This document shows, one piece after another, positions 63,397 to 64,000 of a DNA stretch of 64,000 nucleotides. Source of the stretch: a virus; the IMG/VR virus record IMGVR_UViG_3300032316_000329, positions 32,001 through 96,000 of that record; one strand, 5' to 3'. The notes under the pieces were generated by a model, which saw only the letters and a list, made by a program, of their open reading frames with translations, had not been told where the DNA came from and searched no databases. How positions within the stretch are numbered: position 1 is the stretch's first letter; every line of letters starts with the position of its first letter. The translations under genes and the position numbers were made by a program.

Positions 63397-64000
63397 TCAA
63401 ATGCTCCAATATATTCGTGGTAGAAAATCCTTCAACATACGGTATAATAGTTGTAACAACTGGCCGTCCATTAACATCATATGTTTTAGAAACATAGTCA
63501 CCACCTTTTGTAATGATATCTGGATTAACTTTCTTGATCAACTCGTATGGTGAATCCTCTTCAAATATAATTACCTCGTCCACACAAGAAAGGGACTCCA
63601 ATATTAATTTTCGGTCCTCTTGTTTGTTAAACGGTCTATCGTTACCTTTGCGCCTTCTCACAGAATCATCCGAGTTCAAACCAACAATAAGATAATCACC
63701 AAGTTCTTTTGACTTTTGTAGATATTCAATATGTCCTTTGTGAATAACATCAAAGCAACCGTTGGTGAATACAATTTTCTTTTCTACGGTTCTTATATCA
63801 TCCTCAGTTAGTGTATAGGTTCCAAAGTGACTAACCGATAATGCTGCTAGTTTATTCGCCTTGACACAGGCCTTATGTATATCTTCTCCTTTGGCCAGAT
63901 AATATGTCATAGCGGCAATAAACACATCACCAGCACCCGTAACATCGGCAACCTCTTTATCAATACCTTCTAATTTGATTATCCGACCTTCCTCTACAAT
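63383..64000 (-). CDS. hldE: bifunctional heptose kinase/adenylyltransferase, 5'-truncated by window end
   Basis: frame open to 64000; PfkB DVTGAGD motif fused to FTNGCFDVIHKGH...GLNSD...KGGDY...STT. Confidence 0.9.
   Translation of the reverse strand: MVEEGRIIKLEGIDKEVADVTGAGDVFIAAMTYYLAKGEDIHKACVKANKLAALSVSHFGTYTLTEDDIRTVEKKIVFTNGCFDVIHKGHIEYLQKSKELGDYLIVGLNSDDSVRRRKGNDRPFNKQEDRKLILESLSCVDEVIIFEEDSPYELIKKVNPDIITKGGDYVSKTYDVNGRPVVTTIIPYVEGFSTTNILEHLNGHC

Noticed and set aside
1-64000. Stop-codon reassignment as in some large phages
   Set aside because: Genes tile densely at full length under the standard code, and TAA, TGA and TAG all act as stops

Overview
A 64-kb segment of an AT-rich, lytic T4-like myovirus with cyanophage-style gene organisation. 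The host is probably an alphaproteobacterium, judged from an alphaproteobacterial-type two-piece tmRNA. 1-7.9 kb: early/auxiliary and replication genes (SWIM protein, stand-alone NAD-ligase Ia-like domain, DenV-like glycosylase, two FmdB-like paralogs, PhoH, exonuclease, permuted tmRNA, gp33, gp59, gp32) with three perfect sigma70 promoters. 7.9-13.4 kb (minus strand): gp48, gp54/tube-like, gp26 and gp51 linked by a probable -1 slippery site, and a 1034-aa tape-measure-position protein with three peptidoglycan-active domains. 13.4-35.4 kb: gp4, gp2, gp53, hub/spike proteins, gp25, gp6, internally triplicated gp7, gp8 and a split VrlC/DUF4815-like protein with DUF4214-like repeats. 35.4-58 kb: a modular tail-fibre/adhesin region of Asn/Ala-rich shafts with recurring terminal motifs, three glycine-rich adhesin-like proteins, three 7-repeat RCC1 propellers with hypervariable codons, chaperones and five 2OG-Fe(II) oxygenase-like genes. 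58-64 kb: a late-promoter modification operon (methyltransferase, TPR-GT9-like, CxxCxxCC, GT2, sulfotransferase, APS kinase) converging on ADP-heptose genes (hldD, cupin, partial hldE). The best candidate for an undescribed system is a phage-encoded hydroxylation/heptosylation/sulfation pathway acting on a diversified multi-adhesin tail apparatus. All family calls come from reading motifs by eye; no searches were run.
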